From Pecten maximus (Eukaryota): a stretch of DNA of 64,000 nucleotides. Positions 1 to 13,248 of the stretch are shown piece by piece (within the stretch, counting starts at the first letter, position 1; every line of letters begins with the position of its first letter). The stretch covers positions 16,058,001-16,122,000 of the forward strand of contig NC_047015.1 in assembly GCF_902652985.1 (NCBI RefSeq), given 5' to 3'. The translations under genes were made by a program, and so were the position numbers. Under the pieces are notes generated by a model. That model was not told the origin of the DNA. It searched no databases and saw only the letters and a program-made list of their open reading frames with translations.

Positions 1-508
1 AACCTCATGTCAAAATTCCAAGCGACACATCCACTTCAGTGAAATTCTAATTTATTTATCTGCAACATCGACTCACTCAATCCTTTTACATGAATGAATA
101 AAAATGCGATTCACAGATCATACTAATATAGGGATACCCGGTAGTAATATGGTTTTCCGAGTTCCACATGGCGTTAGTTTGGAGTTCTGTCAGAAGGTGG
201 TACACCAGGGACACGAGGCATTAATCTCTACGAGTGTCATTCCGTGCAATTTTGATGTGTGCCATTTTTCAAATCTTCAGTTTGATTCAGTTACATACAT
301 TGATAAAACCTGAATTGAACATGATAGGGAATGTTTTCCTTGTGATATTTAAAAATAAATGATTGATAGATGTTATCAGTACTATAAACCGCTATAGCGA
401 CGTTCATCAGCTTGTAATTCGTTATCATCCAACTTCATCAATGACTCACCAAATCGTGATATTATCAGACTTAAAAGTCATTTATACATTTTTTCTTTTT
501 TTTTATAG

Positions 509-718
509 TGAAGTTCAGTTCGTGTGAATTGTTTGAACTCGGTAAGGTATACTTATTATGTTTTGATTGAAAAGAAACACTCATGCTTCGATTCGTATAA
601 CAGCATTCTTATACCTAAGTCAGTATTAAAATAATATCAAGAAGTTGATTTTACTTTTAATATTACAGAAATCAGAGCCAACATAATGAAAGATTTAGAG
701 AGGAGAAACAAGGTGTAA
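509..718 (+). CDS. Tentative last two exons of an upstream gene (509-541 and 669-718)
   Basis: Long polypyrimidine tract plus AG at 507-508, donor GTAAGG at 542, acceptor TATTACAG at 661-668. Splicing gives the open frame ..KFSSCELFELEIRANIMKDLERRNKV* (TAA 716-718). No recognisable homology. Confidence 0.2.
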
Positions 719-3700
719 ATACCCAGTGATAGGGAGGGGTAACGAGGTGTTAGTACCCAGTGATAGGGAGGGGTAACGAGGTGTTAGTAGCCAGTGATAG
801 GGAGGGGTAACGAGGTGTTAGTACCCAGTGATAGGGAGGGGTAACGAGGTGTTAGTACCCAGTGATAGGGGGGGGGGGGGGGGGGGGGGGGGTAACGAGG
901 TGTAAGTACCCAGTGATAGGGAGGGGTAACGAGGTGTAAGTTTCCAGTGATAGGGAGGGGTAACGAGGTGTAAGTACCCAGTGATAGGGAGGAGTAACGA
1001 GGTGTTAGTACCCAGTGATAGGGAGGGGTAACGAGGTATAAGTACCCAGTGATAGGGAGGGGTAACGAGGTGTTAGTACCCAGTGATAGGGAGGGGTAAC
1101 GAGGTGTTAGTACCCAGTGATAGGGAGGGGTAACGAGGTGTTAGTACCCAGTGATAGGGAGGGGTAACGAGGTGTAGGTACCCAGTGATAGGGAGGGGTA
1201 ACGAGGTGTTAGTACCCAGTGATAGGGAGGGGTAACGAGGTGTAAGTATCCAGTGATAGGGAGGGGTAACGAGGTGTAATTACCCAGTGATCGGGAGGGG
1301 TAACGAGGTTTAAGTACCCAGTGATAGGGAGGAGTAACGAGGTGTTAGTACCCAGTGATAGGGAGGGGTAACGAGGTGTTAGTACCCAGTGATAGGGAGG
1401 GGTAACGAGGTGTTAGTACCCAGTGATAGGGAGGGGTAACGAGGTGTTAGTACCCAGTGATAGGGAGGAGTAACGAGGTGTTAGTACCCAGTGATAGGGA
1501 GGGGTAACGAGGTGTAGGTACCCAGTGATAGGGAGGGGTAACGAGGTGTAAGTACCCAGTGATAGGGAGGGGTAACGAGGTGTAAGTACCCAGTGATAGG
1601 GAGGGGTAACGAGGTGTAGGTACCCAGTGATAGGGAGGGGTAACGAAGTGTTAGTACCCTGTGATAGGGAGGAGTAACGAGGTGTAGGTACCCAGTGATA
1701 GGGAGGAGTAACGAGGTGTAGGTACCCAGTGATAGGGAGGGGTAACGAGGTGTTAGTACCCTGTGATAGGGAGGAGTAACGAGGTGTAGGTACCCAGTGA
1801 TAGGGAGGAGTAACGAGGTGTTAGTACCCAGTGATAGGGAGGGGTAACGAGGTGTTAGTACCCAGTGATAGGGAGGGGTAACGAGGTGTTTGTACCTTGT
1901 GATAGGGAGGGGTAACGAGGTGTTAGTACCCTGTGATAGGGAGGAGTAACGAGGTGTTAGTACCCAGTGATAGGGAGGAGTAACGAGGTGTTAGTACCCA
2001 GTGATAGGGAGGGGTAACGAGGTGTAGGTACCCAGTGATAGGGAGGGGTAACGAGGTGTAAGTACCCAGTGATAGGGAGGGGTAACGAGGTGTTAGTACC
2101 CTGTGATAGGGAGGAGTAACGAGGTGTAGGTACCCAGTGATAGGGAGGGGTAACGAGGTGTTAGTACCCAGTGATAGGGAGGGGTAACGAGGTGTTAGTA
2201 CCCAGTGATAGGGAGGGGTAACGAGGTGTTAGTACCCAGTGATAGGGAGGGGTAACGAGGTGTTAGTACCCAGTGATAGGGAGGGGTAACGAGGTGTTAG
2301 TACCCAGTGATAGGGAGGAGTAACGAGGTGTTAGTACCCAGTGATAGGGAGGAGTAGCGAGGTGTTAGTACCCAGTGATAGGGAGGGGTAACGAGGTGTA
2401 AGTACCCAGTGATAGGGAGGAGTAACGAGGTGTAAGTACCCAGTGATAGGGAGGGGTAACGAGGTGTTAGTACCCAGTGATAGGGAGGGGTAACGAGGTG
2501 TTAGTACCCAGTGATAGGGAGGGGTAACGAGGTGTAAGTACCCAGTGATAGGGAGGGGTAACGAGGTGTAAGTACCCAGTGATAGGGAGGGGTAACGAGG
2601 TGTAAGTACCCTGTGATAGTGAGGAGTAACGAGGTGTTAGTACCCAGTGATAGGGAGGAGTAACGAGGTGTAGGTACCCAGTGATAGGGAGGAGTAAGGA
2701 GGTGTAAGTACCCAGTGATAAGGAGGGGTAACGAGGTGTTAGTACCCAGTGATAGGGAGGGATAACGAGGTGTTAGTACCCAGTGATAGGGGGGGGGGGG
2801 GGGGGGGGGGGGGTAACGAGGTGTAAGTACCCTGTGATAGGGAGGGGTAACGAGGTGTAAGTACCCTGTGATAGGGAGGGGTAACGAGGTGTAAGTCCCC
2901 AGTGATAAGGAGGGGTAACGAGGTGTAATTACCCAGTTATAGGGAGGAGTAACGAGGTGTTTGTACCTTGTGATAGGGAGGGGTAACGAGGTGTAAGTAC
3001 CCAGTGATAGGGGGGGGGGGGGGGGGGGTAACGAGGTGTAAGTACCCTGTGATAGGGAGGGGTAACGAGGTGTAAGTACCCTGTGATAGGGAGGGGTAAC
3101 GAGGTGTAAGTCCCCAGTGATAAGGAGGGGTAACGAGGTGTAATTACCCAGTTATAGGGAGGAGTAACGAGGTGTTTGTACCTTGTGATAGGGAGGGGTA
3201 ACGAGGTGTAAGTACCCAGTGATAGGGAGGGGTAACGAGGTGTAAGTCCCCAGTGATAGAGAGGGGTAACGAGGTGTAATTACCCAGTGATAGGGAGGGG
3301 TAACGAGGTTTAAGTACCCAGTGATAGGGAGGAGTAACGAGGTGTTAGTACCCAGTGATAGGGAGGAGTAACGAGGTGTATGTACCCAGTGATAGGGAGG
3401 GGTAACGAGGTGTTAGTACCCAGTGATAGGGAGGGGTAACGAGGTGTTAGTACCCAGTGATAGGGAGGGGTAACGAGGTGTTAGTACCCAGTGATAGGGA
3501 GGGGTAACGAGGTGTTAGTACCCAGTGATAGGGAGGGGTAACGAGGTGTTAGTACCCAGTGATAGGGAGGGGTAACGAGGTGTTAGTACCCAGTGATAGG
3601 GAGGGGTAACGAGGTGTAAGTACCCAGTGATAGGGAGGAGTAACGAGGTGTAATTACCCAGTGATAGGGAGGGGTAACGAGGTGTTAGTACCCTGTGATA

Positions 3701-5326
3701 GGGAGGGGTAACGAGGTGTTAGTACCCAGTGATAGGGAGGAGTAACGAGGTGTTAGTACCCAGTGATAGGGAGGGGTAACGAGGTGTTAGTACCCAGTGA
3801 TAGGGAGGAGTAACGAGGTTTAAGTACCCAGTGATAGGGAGGAGTAACGAGGTGTTAGTACCCAGTGATAGGGAGGGGTAACGAGGTGTTAGTACCCAGT
3901 GATAGGGAGGAGTAACGAGGTTTAAGTACCCAGTGATAGGGAGGAGTAACGAGGTGTTAGTACCCAGTGATAGGGAGGGGTAACGAGGTGTTAGTACCCT
4001 GTGATAGGGTGGAGTAACGAGGTGTAGGTACCCAGTGATAGGGAGGGGTAACGAGGTGTTAGTACCCAGTGATAGGGAGGAGTAACGAGGTCTAAGTACC
4101 CAGTGATAGGGAGGAGTAACGAGGTGTTAGTACCCAGTGATAGGGAGGGGTAACGAGGTGTTAGTACCCAGTGATAGGGAGGGGTAACGAGGTGTTAGTA
4201 CCCAGTGATAGGGAGGGGTAACGAGGTGTAAGTACCCAGTGATAGGGAGGAGTAACGAGGTGTAGGTACCCAGTGATAGGGAGGGGTAACGAGGTGTTAG
4301 TACCCTGTGATAGGGAGGAGTAACGAGGTGTAGGTACCCAGTGATAGGGAGGGGTAACGAGGTGTTAGTACCCAGTGATAGGGAGGGGTAACGAGGTGTA
4401 ATTACCCAGTGATAGGGAGGGGTAACGAGGTGTTAGTACCCAGTGATAGGGAGGGGTAACGAGGTGTAAGTACCCAGTGATAGGGAGGGGTAACGAGGTG
4501 TAGGTACCCAGTGATAGGGAGGGGTAACGAGGTGTTAGTACCATGTGATAGGGAGGAGTAACGAGGTGTAGGTACCCAGTGATAGGGAGGGGTAACGAGG
4601 TGTTAGTACCCTGTGATAGGGAGGAGTAACGAGGTGTAGGTACCCAGTGATAGGGAGGGGTAACGAGGTGTTAGTACCCAGTGATAGGGAGGGGTAACGA
4701 GTTGTAAGTACCCAGTGATAGGGAGGAGTAACGAGGTGTTAGTACCCAGTGATAGGGAGGGGTAACGAGGTGTTAGTACCCTGTGATAGGGAGGAGTAAC
4801 GAGGTGTAGGTACCCAGTGATAGGGAGGGGTAACGAGGTGTTAGTACCCAGTGATAGGGAGGGGTAACGAGGTGTTAGTACCCAGTGATAGGGAGGAGTA
4901 ACGAGGTGTAGGTACCCAGTGATAGGGAGGAGTAACGAGGTGTTAGTACCCAGTGATAGGGAGGGGTAACGAGGTGTTAGTACCCAGTGATAGGGAGGGG
5001 TAACGAGGTGTAGGTACCCAGTGATAGGGAGGGGTAACGAGGTTTAAGTACCCAGTGATAGGGAGGAGTAACGAGGTGTAGTTACCAAGTGATAGGGAGG
5101 GGTAACGAGGTGTTAGTACCCTGTGATAGGGAGGGGTAACGAGGTGTTAGCACCCTGTGATAGGGAGGGGTAACGAGGTGTAGGTACCCAGTGATAGGGA
5201 GGGGTAACGAGGTTTAAGTACCCAGTGATAGGGAGGGGTAACGAGGTGTAGGTACCCAGTGATAGGGAGGGGTAACGAGGTTTAAGTACCCAGTGATAGG
5301 GTGGAGTAACGAGGTTTAAGTACCCG
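713..5326 (+). repeat. 34-bp G-rich minisatellite, ~135 copies
   Basis: Unit ACCCAGTGATAGGGAGG(G/A)GTAACGAGGTGT(T/A)(A/G)GT; period seen directly (721 to 755). Three internal poly-G expansions. Confidence 0.98.
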
Positions 5327-6577
5327 CCTATATGGATTAACGAGGGGCTAGTAATCGGTTATATAGTGAGGGGTAAAGAAGGGTTAGTACTCGGTTATAG
5401 GGTGGAGGTAACGAGCGGTTAGTACTCGGTTATAGGGAGGAGGTAACGAGGGGTTACTACTCGGTTATAGGGAGGATGTAACGAGGGGTTAGTACTCGGT
5501 TATAGGGAGGAGTAACGAGGGGTTACTACTCGGTTATAGGGTGGAGGTAACGAGCGGTTAGTACTCGGTTATAGGGAGGGGGTAACGAGGTGTTACTACT
5601 CGGTTATAGGGAGGATGTAACGAGGGGTTAGTACTCGGTTATAGGGAGGATGTAACGAGGGGTTAGTACTCGGTTATAGGGAGGAGGTAACGAGTGGTTA
5701 GTACTCGGTTATAGGGAGGATGTAACGAGGGGTTAGTACTCGGTTATAGGGAGGTTTAACGAAGTGTTAGTACTCGGTTATAGAGAGGATGTAATGAGGG
5801 GTTAGTACTCGGTTATAGGGAGGAGGTAACGAGTGGTTAGTACTCGGTTATAGGTAGGTTTAACGAAGGGTTTGTACTCGGTTATAGGGAGGAGATAAAG
5901 AAGGGTTAGTACTCGGTTATAGAGAGGATGTAACGAGGGGTTAGTACTCGGTTATAGGGAGGATGTAACGAGGGGTTAGTACTCGGTTATAGAGAGGAGG
6001 TAACGAGGGGTTAGTACTCGGTTATAGAGAGGATGTAACGAGGGGTTAGTACTCGGTTATAGAGAGGAGGTAACGAGGGGTTAGTACTCGGTTATAGGGA
6101 GGAGGTAACGAGGGGTTAGTACTCGGTTATAGGGAGGAGGTAACGAGGGGTTAGTACTCGGTTATAGAGAGGAGGTAACGAGGGGTTAGTACTCGGTTAT
6201 AGGGAGGAGATAAAGAAGGGTTAGTACTCGGTTATAGAGAGGAGGTAACGAGGGGTTAGTACTCGGTTATAGGGAGGGGGTAACGAGGGGTTAGTACTCG
6301 GTTATAGGGAGGAGGTAACGAGGGGTTAGTACTCGGCTATAGGGAGGGGGTAACGAGGGGTTAGTACTCGGTTATAGGGAGGAGGTAACGAGGGGTTAGT
6401 ACTCGGTTATAAGGAGGATGTAACGAGGGGTTAGTACTCGGTTATAGGGAGGGGTAACGAGGTGTTAGTACTCGGTTATAGGGAGGATGTAATGAGGGGT
6501 TAGTACTCGGTTATAGGGAGGATGTAATGAGGGGTTAGTACTCGGTTATAGGGAGGATGTAACGAGGGGTTAGTACT
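5327..6577 (+). repeat. 35-bp variant subarray related to the 34-bp minisatellite, ~35 copies
   Basis: Unit TACTCGGTTATAGGGAGGA(G/T)GTAACGAGGGGTTAG; shares the ATAGGGAGG..GTAACGAGG core with the upstream array. Confidence 0.97.
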
Positions 6578-8764
6578 AAACTAGAGATATTACTTCCTTG
6601 AATGAAACCTTGTTGTCCGACTGTGGGAAACGGTGTCCGCGGAGTATAGCATTACCATGTGCCTGTACAAAGTAAATCTTGCTTCATTTTTATCCCGAGT
6701 TTTAAATTGAACATCTAAAAAAATGTGTATGAAAACATTGTTTGATTTACAGGAAATGTCTTTTCTTTGATACTAGAATTATCGTTGATAAACAATCTAT
6801 CAAACACAAAAATACATGTTCATACAAATTCCTGTATTGGTGTATACCTGACCGACTACCACACCTATAGTACCTCTCTTTACTGCTAACTTTAAATACT
6901 GCACAATTAATCGCTTATTTACGTGTAATTGTAAACTAACAGTTTATGCGACTCGAGCATGCAATAAAGAAACGTGTAGTTTGGTTACCCTTGTGTGACG
7001 TACATTGTTCTGGTCGGTATAGTAGTACACATTTGAGAACCCACATGTTTATGCACATCGTGGAAAGGAAATGATGATTTAAGCTGATAGAAATGGTATT
7101 CCAGTTACTATTTCATTAATTTTAGCCAAGTAAAGAAATTCCATGAGGGTTCCATTATTCCGTATTTTCTTATCGAATTACAAATACGAGAATGCGAGAA
7201 AAATAACTTCGCTGTTGTTATTTGTATGTCATGTGTATTATAAAACTATGACTTATATTGTTATACCATGACGTAATATATCGTAGGAATATATCATCGC
7301 ATTACCTGTGAATAGAGAATGCACGCACTCTGTGTCGTGAGAAACATGACCCTATATTTTTGTGACAATATTTTGACATTACTGGGTTTTACTTTTCCAA
7401 GAATTGGTACTTAAAAATCTTCTATTTATAAGTCGCCCAGGTCAACTGCATTCATATCTCCAATATATGCAATCTGACGACCATCCAATAGTTATAGTTA
7501 CATTTCAGAGATTTGTTTTATACTTTAAATATTCTCGTGTCTATCAGAACTATAAACGTTGCTTTGTGTCTATATTACTAACAATTCAACTTGTCCTTAG
7601 GAAAAAGGAATGGAGGGTCATTACGACGAGAAAACGTCAGGTAGACCTTGATTATTGATATTCTACTTATTAACCCCTGTAAGATTTTAGCGGTACGTAT
7701 AGACTTACTGGTTTCATGTATGTTTATTTATCTATGAGTTATAAGTTAAGTTTAATTGAGTATGCTGGTACGGAGGTGTCAGGGTCCAATACTCGGAGAT
7801 TACTCATGCTACCGTCATACTCACATACTGAGGTTTGAAACGGTCGCGACACTTCATAAATAATTTCCATTTTGAGCAGGATTGACTTAAAGAGTGACAT
7901 CCGTTCGACAAGCTGTGGATTACCTAACTAGATATGATATAACAGATTTGACAATCTTTCTAAAGTGATATCCAATGCACACTTTTAAATTATTCAACAT
8001 TTTTTGTTTTCCATTGTGATGTATGAAATAAGAAAACGGTGAAAATTAAATTGAAACAAAGAACTTCTATATACAGCACACAACCGTCCATTTCCCATAT
8101 GTATAAACCTTTCAACAGGAAATGGTTTTAAACGGAAGGAAGTACTGTAAAATGAGATATGGGTATATAAACTGGGACTGTGGAGTGTTTACAGGGCAAA
8201 GAATTGGAGTTTTATCTAAGGAAATGAGATTGGTAATCCTCTGATCACCATGGTAACTTAATTACCAAGATCCGACGCTAGAAAGTAATTAATTATTCAT
8301 AATCCAAACGGTGTGCGTCAGTGTCCACAGTATAAGCAGAAGTCTGGCAGTCTAGGATCATACCACATATTCACAATAACACTCAATACTGCGATTATTT
8401 AACTGATCCTATGATTTTTGTAGAGACAATATGAATTTAATTTATTTCAAAATATTTTCATTTAGCATCAGTGGCAGTCATCACGTTTACAGCTACTTTC
8501 TTTAATTAAGTGAAAGGGGTCCTAATTGATAGAGAGGCAATAAGACAATGTGTGTATATCATTAAGTACCTCGTGAATCACAGGCTCATCCCATTTGATT
8601 TGACTCCTTGGATCTTTTTTTACAGTAATAACCATAAAAGCGCATTTCTAATTGTTGACAATTAACTATGTTCTTGGCCATAACTACATACTTGCCTACC
8701 TTTTTTTAATTCGATGAAGGAGAATGTGCATGTTGATTTCTTAAAAAGCATTGATCGACATGTC

Positions 8765-10078
8765 ATTAGACTAACTCTTTAAATGATACACATGCCATTA
8801 ATCTAATTCCTTAAATGATAGACATACCATTAAACTAATTCCTTAAATGATATCCATACCATTAAACTAATTCCTTAAATGATATCCATACCATTAAACT
8901 AATTCCTTAAATGATATCCATACCATTAAACTAATTCCTTAAATGATAGACATACCATTAAACTAATTCCTTAAATGATAGACATACCATTAAACTAATT
9001 CCTTAAATGATAGACATACCATTAAACTAATTCTTTAAATGATAGATGATAGACATACCATTAAACTAATTCCTTAAATGATATCCATACCATTAAACTA
9101 ATTCCTTAAATGATATCCATACCATTAAACTAATTCCTTCAATGTTACACATACCATTAAACTAATTCCTTAAATGATAGACATACCATTAAACTAATTC
9201 CTTAAATGATAGACATACCATTAAACTAATTCCTTAAATGATACACATACCATTAAACTAATTCCTTAAATGATAGACATACCATTAAACTAATTCCTTA
9301 AATGATACACATACCATTAAACTAATTCTTTAAATGATATCCATACCATTAAACTAATTCTTTAAATGATAGACGATAGACATTCCATTAAACTAATTCC
9401 TTAAATGATAGACATACCATTAAACTAATTCTTTAAATGATAGACATACCATTAAACTAATTCCTTCAATGTTACACATACCATTAAACTAATTCCTTAA
9501 ATGATATCTATACCATTAAACTAATTCCTTAAATGATATCCATATCATTAAAATAATTCCTTAAATGATATCCATACCATTAAACTAATTCCTTCAATGT
9601 TACACATACCATTAAACTAATTCCTTAAATGATAGACATACCATTAAACTAATTCCTTAAATGATAGACATACCATTAAACTAATTCCTTAAATGATAGA
9701 CATACCATTAAACTAATTCTTTAAATGATAGACATACCATTAAACTAATTCCTTAAATGATATCCATACCATTAAACTAATTCCTTAAATGATATCCATA
9801 CCATTAAACTAATTCCTTCAATGATACACATACCATTAAACTAATTCCTTAAATGATAGACATACCATTAAACCTAATTCCTTAAATGATAGACATACCA
9901 TTAAACTAATTCCTTAAATGATATCCATACCATTAAACTAATTCCTTCAATGTTACACATACCATTAAACTAATTCCTTAAATGATAGACATACCATTAA
10001 ACTAATTCCTTAAATGATAGACATACCATTAAACTAATTCCTTAAATGATAGATATACCATTAAACTAATTCCTTAAA
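8765..10078 (+). repeat. 32-bp AT-rich minisatellite, ~41 copies
   Basis: Unit ATACCATTAAACTAATTCCTTAAATGATAGAC with GATATCC/GTTACAC variants. Confidence 0.97.
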
Positions 10079-10849
10079 ATCTGAAGCTGTTCCTTCTTAT
10101 TGACTAATTGTATTTGAAAAAAAGTTTGATTAGTATGTTTTATGTCTAAATTTAGAAAGTCTTCATCCTTAAGAGAAGAGGGGTGTCGATCTGTAAGACA
10201 TTAATACAGCAACGCTGGCAATACAGAAACAAAACCAAGTCCCTGTAATGTTTAAACATTAATACATACCTTGCCGCACTTAGCTAACCAAGCCCGCGTC
10301 ATAAGTAGTCAAAGTACACTATTTTCGAGCGTAATTTTATTACATTTGTTGGCATTGTTAAGAAATGTCTAGTATTTAATCTTGATCTTTACATAAAAAG
10401 CAAACAAACAATTAAGAAAACAAGTTAAATCCATCTTGATGTGGTAAGTCTAGGCTACATCTAAATCTACATAATATGCCCTATACGCCCTTTTAATTGC
10501 TTATTTACTTGAGCCTCCGTGACTTTAAAAATTGAACTTTATACCTGTACAAATAAGGTTAGAATGTACAAGGAATATGATTCTGATAAGTAAATAGAAT
10601 ATCGGAGTGTGATAATTGACATGGGGTTGAACCATTGTTCGATAGGCCTAGTTCCTATTCCTACACGAAATATATTTCAGTGGTGAAATGTAAAAATCCA
10701 TCATGAGCTAATTCAATCACACCTTGGTGCCCCATGGAGAAAAATAATCCACCATTCACCTGACGAGAAAGAACGAGGCGGAAAAATCCATAAATTGAAT
10801 CGATTTTTATCAATCTGTAATTAAGTTACTTCATCACCGAAAGGTGGCA

Positions 10850-11103
10850 TTGCGATCGGTGTATCAGAAACAATATGCAACAAGCAGATGACATCCGGGG
10901 TTTGTTTCACAGTTCACGATCTAAACAGGAGGATTGGATGCTGAAGCCACTATCAAGCAAGTAAATTCAAACGTGTACAGCGGATGTCAGCCGGAAACAA
11001 GGTCTTTATACTATGAGCTATACGTAAATGCGCTTTAGTTTACACAGTGAAGCTCCAGTTACCACGAGTGTCAACTCGGGCCGCTTTGAATCATTCGAGC
11101 AAC
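10850..11103 (+). promoter_or_regulatory. Probable CpG-retaining promoter/5' UTR of the + strand gene
   Basis: High CpG density compared with downstream DNA; ETS-like CCGGAAA at 10991; Inr-like TTAGTT at ~11035; YY1-like AACATGGCGG over the start codon. Confidence 0.55.
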
Positions 11104-11295
11104 ATGGCGGAAATCGCCACACAAGTTTCCGAGAATGGACTGTCGATGAAACCGGATGACAGCTCAGTAAAAATGTTTATAACTGACTACAGACGGGACT
11201 TTCACTCAAAAATGGAGCCTGCTATGACACAGACCATTTTAAACGGCTGTCGAGATAGATTCGAGGAGAACAAAGAAAATGAAGGTAGTCGTGAG
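11104..11295 (+). CDS. First coding exon of a large intron-containing gene (MAEIATQVSENGLSMKPDDSSVKMFITDYRRDFHSKMEPAMTQTILNGCRDRFEENKENEGSRE); product unknown
   Basis: ATG at 11104 in aacATGG context, 192 nt open with protein-like composition, ending at the consensus donor GAG|GTAAGT (11296), phase 0. Lies inside the track ORF 11047-11379. Confidence 0.75.
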
Positions 11296-11563
11296 GTAAG
11301 TTTTCTGTGCCGATTGACCCGTGAAACATGTCATCCCTGGTCGTGTGTGTACTGTAGGCATCCTCTGTTTCTAATGTAAACATTGGCCAATTTTATCTCT
11401 ATAAACGTGTCATTTCGTAGAGCCAGACTTACAATTTCCGTTTTTGGTTTCTTAACATATGATTGTTTTATTTCTTATACATAAATGGTTGCGCCAAATC
11501 GGTACACAAGATAATAAGTTAACCTGTGATTTTTATTTCTTGTCTCAGACTCTGTTCCTTTTT

Positions 11564-11601
11564 GTTAAGGCAGAGACATATATATATGTCTCTGGTTAAG
11601 G
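11564..11601. mobile_element. 24-bp perfect palindrome flanked by 7-bp direct repeats (micro-MITE or transposon footprint)
   Basis: GTTAAGG (11564-70) - CAGAGACATATATATATGTCTCTG (11571-94) - GTTAAGG (11595-601). Confidence 0.55.
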
Positions 11602-13030
11602 TAACAGTAAGGCCATGTTGAAAACTTTAAACAGAAAGCTTCACTAAAGCAGTCCCTACCTATGTTTTAATTTTTAAATTAGATCTCTCTTTTTTTTAGT
11701 TGAAATTGTTTTTTTACATGAGATTGAGAATATTTTATTTCACACATTATAGTAATTTACAGATCAATATAGCCATGTCCATATTATTTATTTCATATTT
11801 CATATTATTATATTGTGAGAACAAAATGCACAAAGGCGATTGGGCATGTTGAGCTAATATAAGCTTATAGACTGCTCAATATGGACTAGAAAACAGATGG
11901 GCTAGAGCAAATATGCTCAAGGTTATACCTGTTTAAAGATGGGATTTTATCAACAAATGATGTCTCATTGATTTTTCACCCTGGTCTAATACCTGTACTT
12001 TGTTAATAGGCTGGCTGCATAGGATTCTTGTAAAGTCCATTTGACTTAGTTTTATACCTCCAGCAGTTCTGTTAGCTATTAAGCTGCTATGTTCAAATCA
12101 ATTGCAATCTGATTACTCCGTTCCACTGTACAAGTAACATGCATTTTTTACACAAACTGTCACATACATTACATGGACACATCATTAGGTTGCTGCCTTG
12201 CTACACTTTAATTATAGTTGTTGGTATGTTGTTTTCAGTAGTAATTTATGTTTCTGATTGAAATGGGTGAAATTAAAAGGATTCAATATTGTACTTGATC
12301 ACAATAGATTGCACATATAAAGATATTCAACAACCATATATGGGTTTAGTTGGAAAAGCCCTTTCCATTTATTTGGCATTATTTTCAGCAGACAAAATCT
12401 ACATGCAAGGGCCATTCATTTCTGCCCTGTACAAAGTATAATCAGGCATACAAGAGAGCACAGCACCTTGGTACATCATTGTAAAGCCAATTGTATAGCA
12501 ATGCATGTGCAAAATTTTGACAAGAATTGAGCATTTAATTAAGTTAGGCTCTGATGACCAGTGACATAATATTGAACACTAAATTAAGATTGAAACAAAA
12601 TTTGAAATACATGCCAATTGCAAAGTAGTGGAACTACACATATCATTTCATGTAGGTCACTAAATTAAAGAATGGCAAAAATAGAAAAATAAGATGAAGA
12701 AAGGCAAGTTGTTTCAGCTTCAAAAGTGAAACATGCTACTCATGTGAAAGCATTCGTTGAGAAAGGTGATGTCTACACTTTTTTTGAGATATTCTGAAAG
12801 TAGCATGCACAATAGCATTCTAACCAAATGTTTTGAATTTCTAAAGCTTTGTGCCTGAAGTATCTTCCATTTGCTGACATCTGAACAACAGGCCAGGATT
12901 TTGAACTGTGCTTAAACCTTCAAAAACGTATAACTTCAGAAACTTTCCCAGTTACTAACAGTGGATATATAGGTCAGGTTAACTGGCATTGTACTGTGGT
13001 AATGCCATAAATGGAATAAGCATTTTGTGA

Positions 13031-13248
13031 TGGTTCATTTTGTTTAAAGTGCTATTAACAGCCAGAGTCATTTAAGGATGTGCCAGGTTTTGGAGGTGGA
13101 GGAAAGCTAGAGTATCTTGAGAAAAACCATCAGCCTATGGTCAGTACCAGGCAACTGCCCCACTTAGGCTTCGAACTCGTGACCCAGAGTTGGAAGGCTT
13201 AAGTGATAAAAGTGTCAGACACCATAACCACTCAGCCACCGTGGCCCC
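13031..13248 (-). mobile_element. tRNA-derived SINE, near full length
   Basis: The minus strand begins GGGGCCACGG. A box TGGCTGAGTGG (13228-38), B box GAGTTCGAAGCC (13167-78), decayed V-SINE-like core (GGTTTTTCTCAAGATACTCTAGCTTTCCTCCACC), A-rich tail. TSD GCATTT(T/C)GTGA at 13020-30 and 13250-60. Confidence 0.85.

Noticed and set aside
11047-11379. The full 110-aa track ORF as a single-exon gene
   Set aside because: It starts at GTG and reads through a consensus donor; only 11104-11295 looks coding.
13160-13248. tRNA gene
   Set aside because: It has A/B boxes but continues into a SINE body and tail with a TSD, and there is no convincing cloverleaf.
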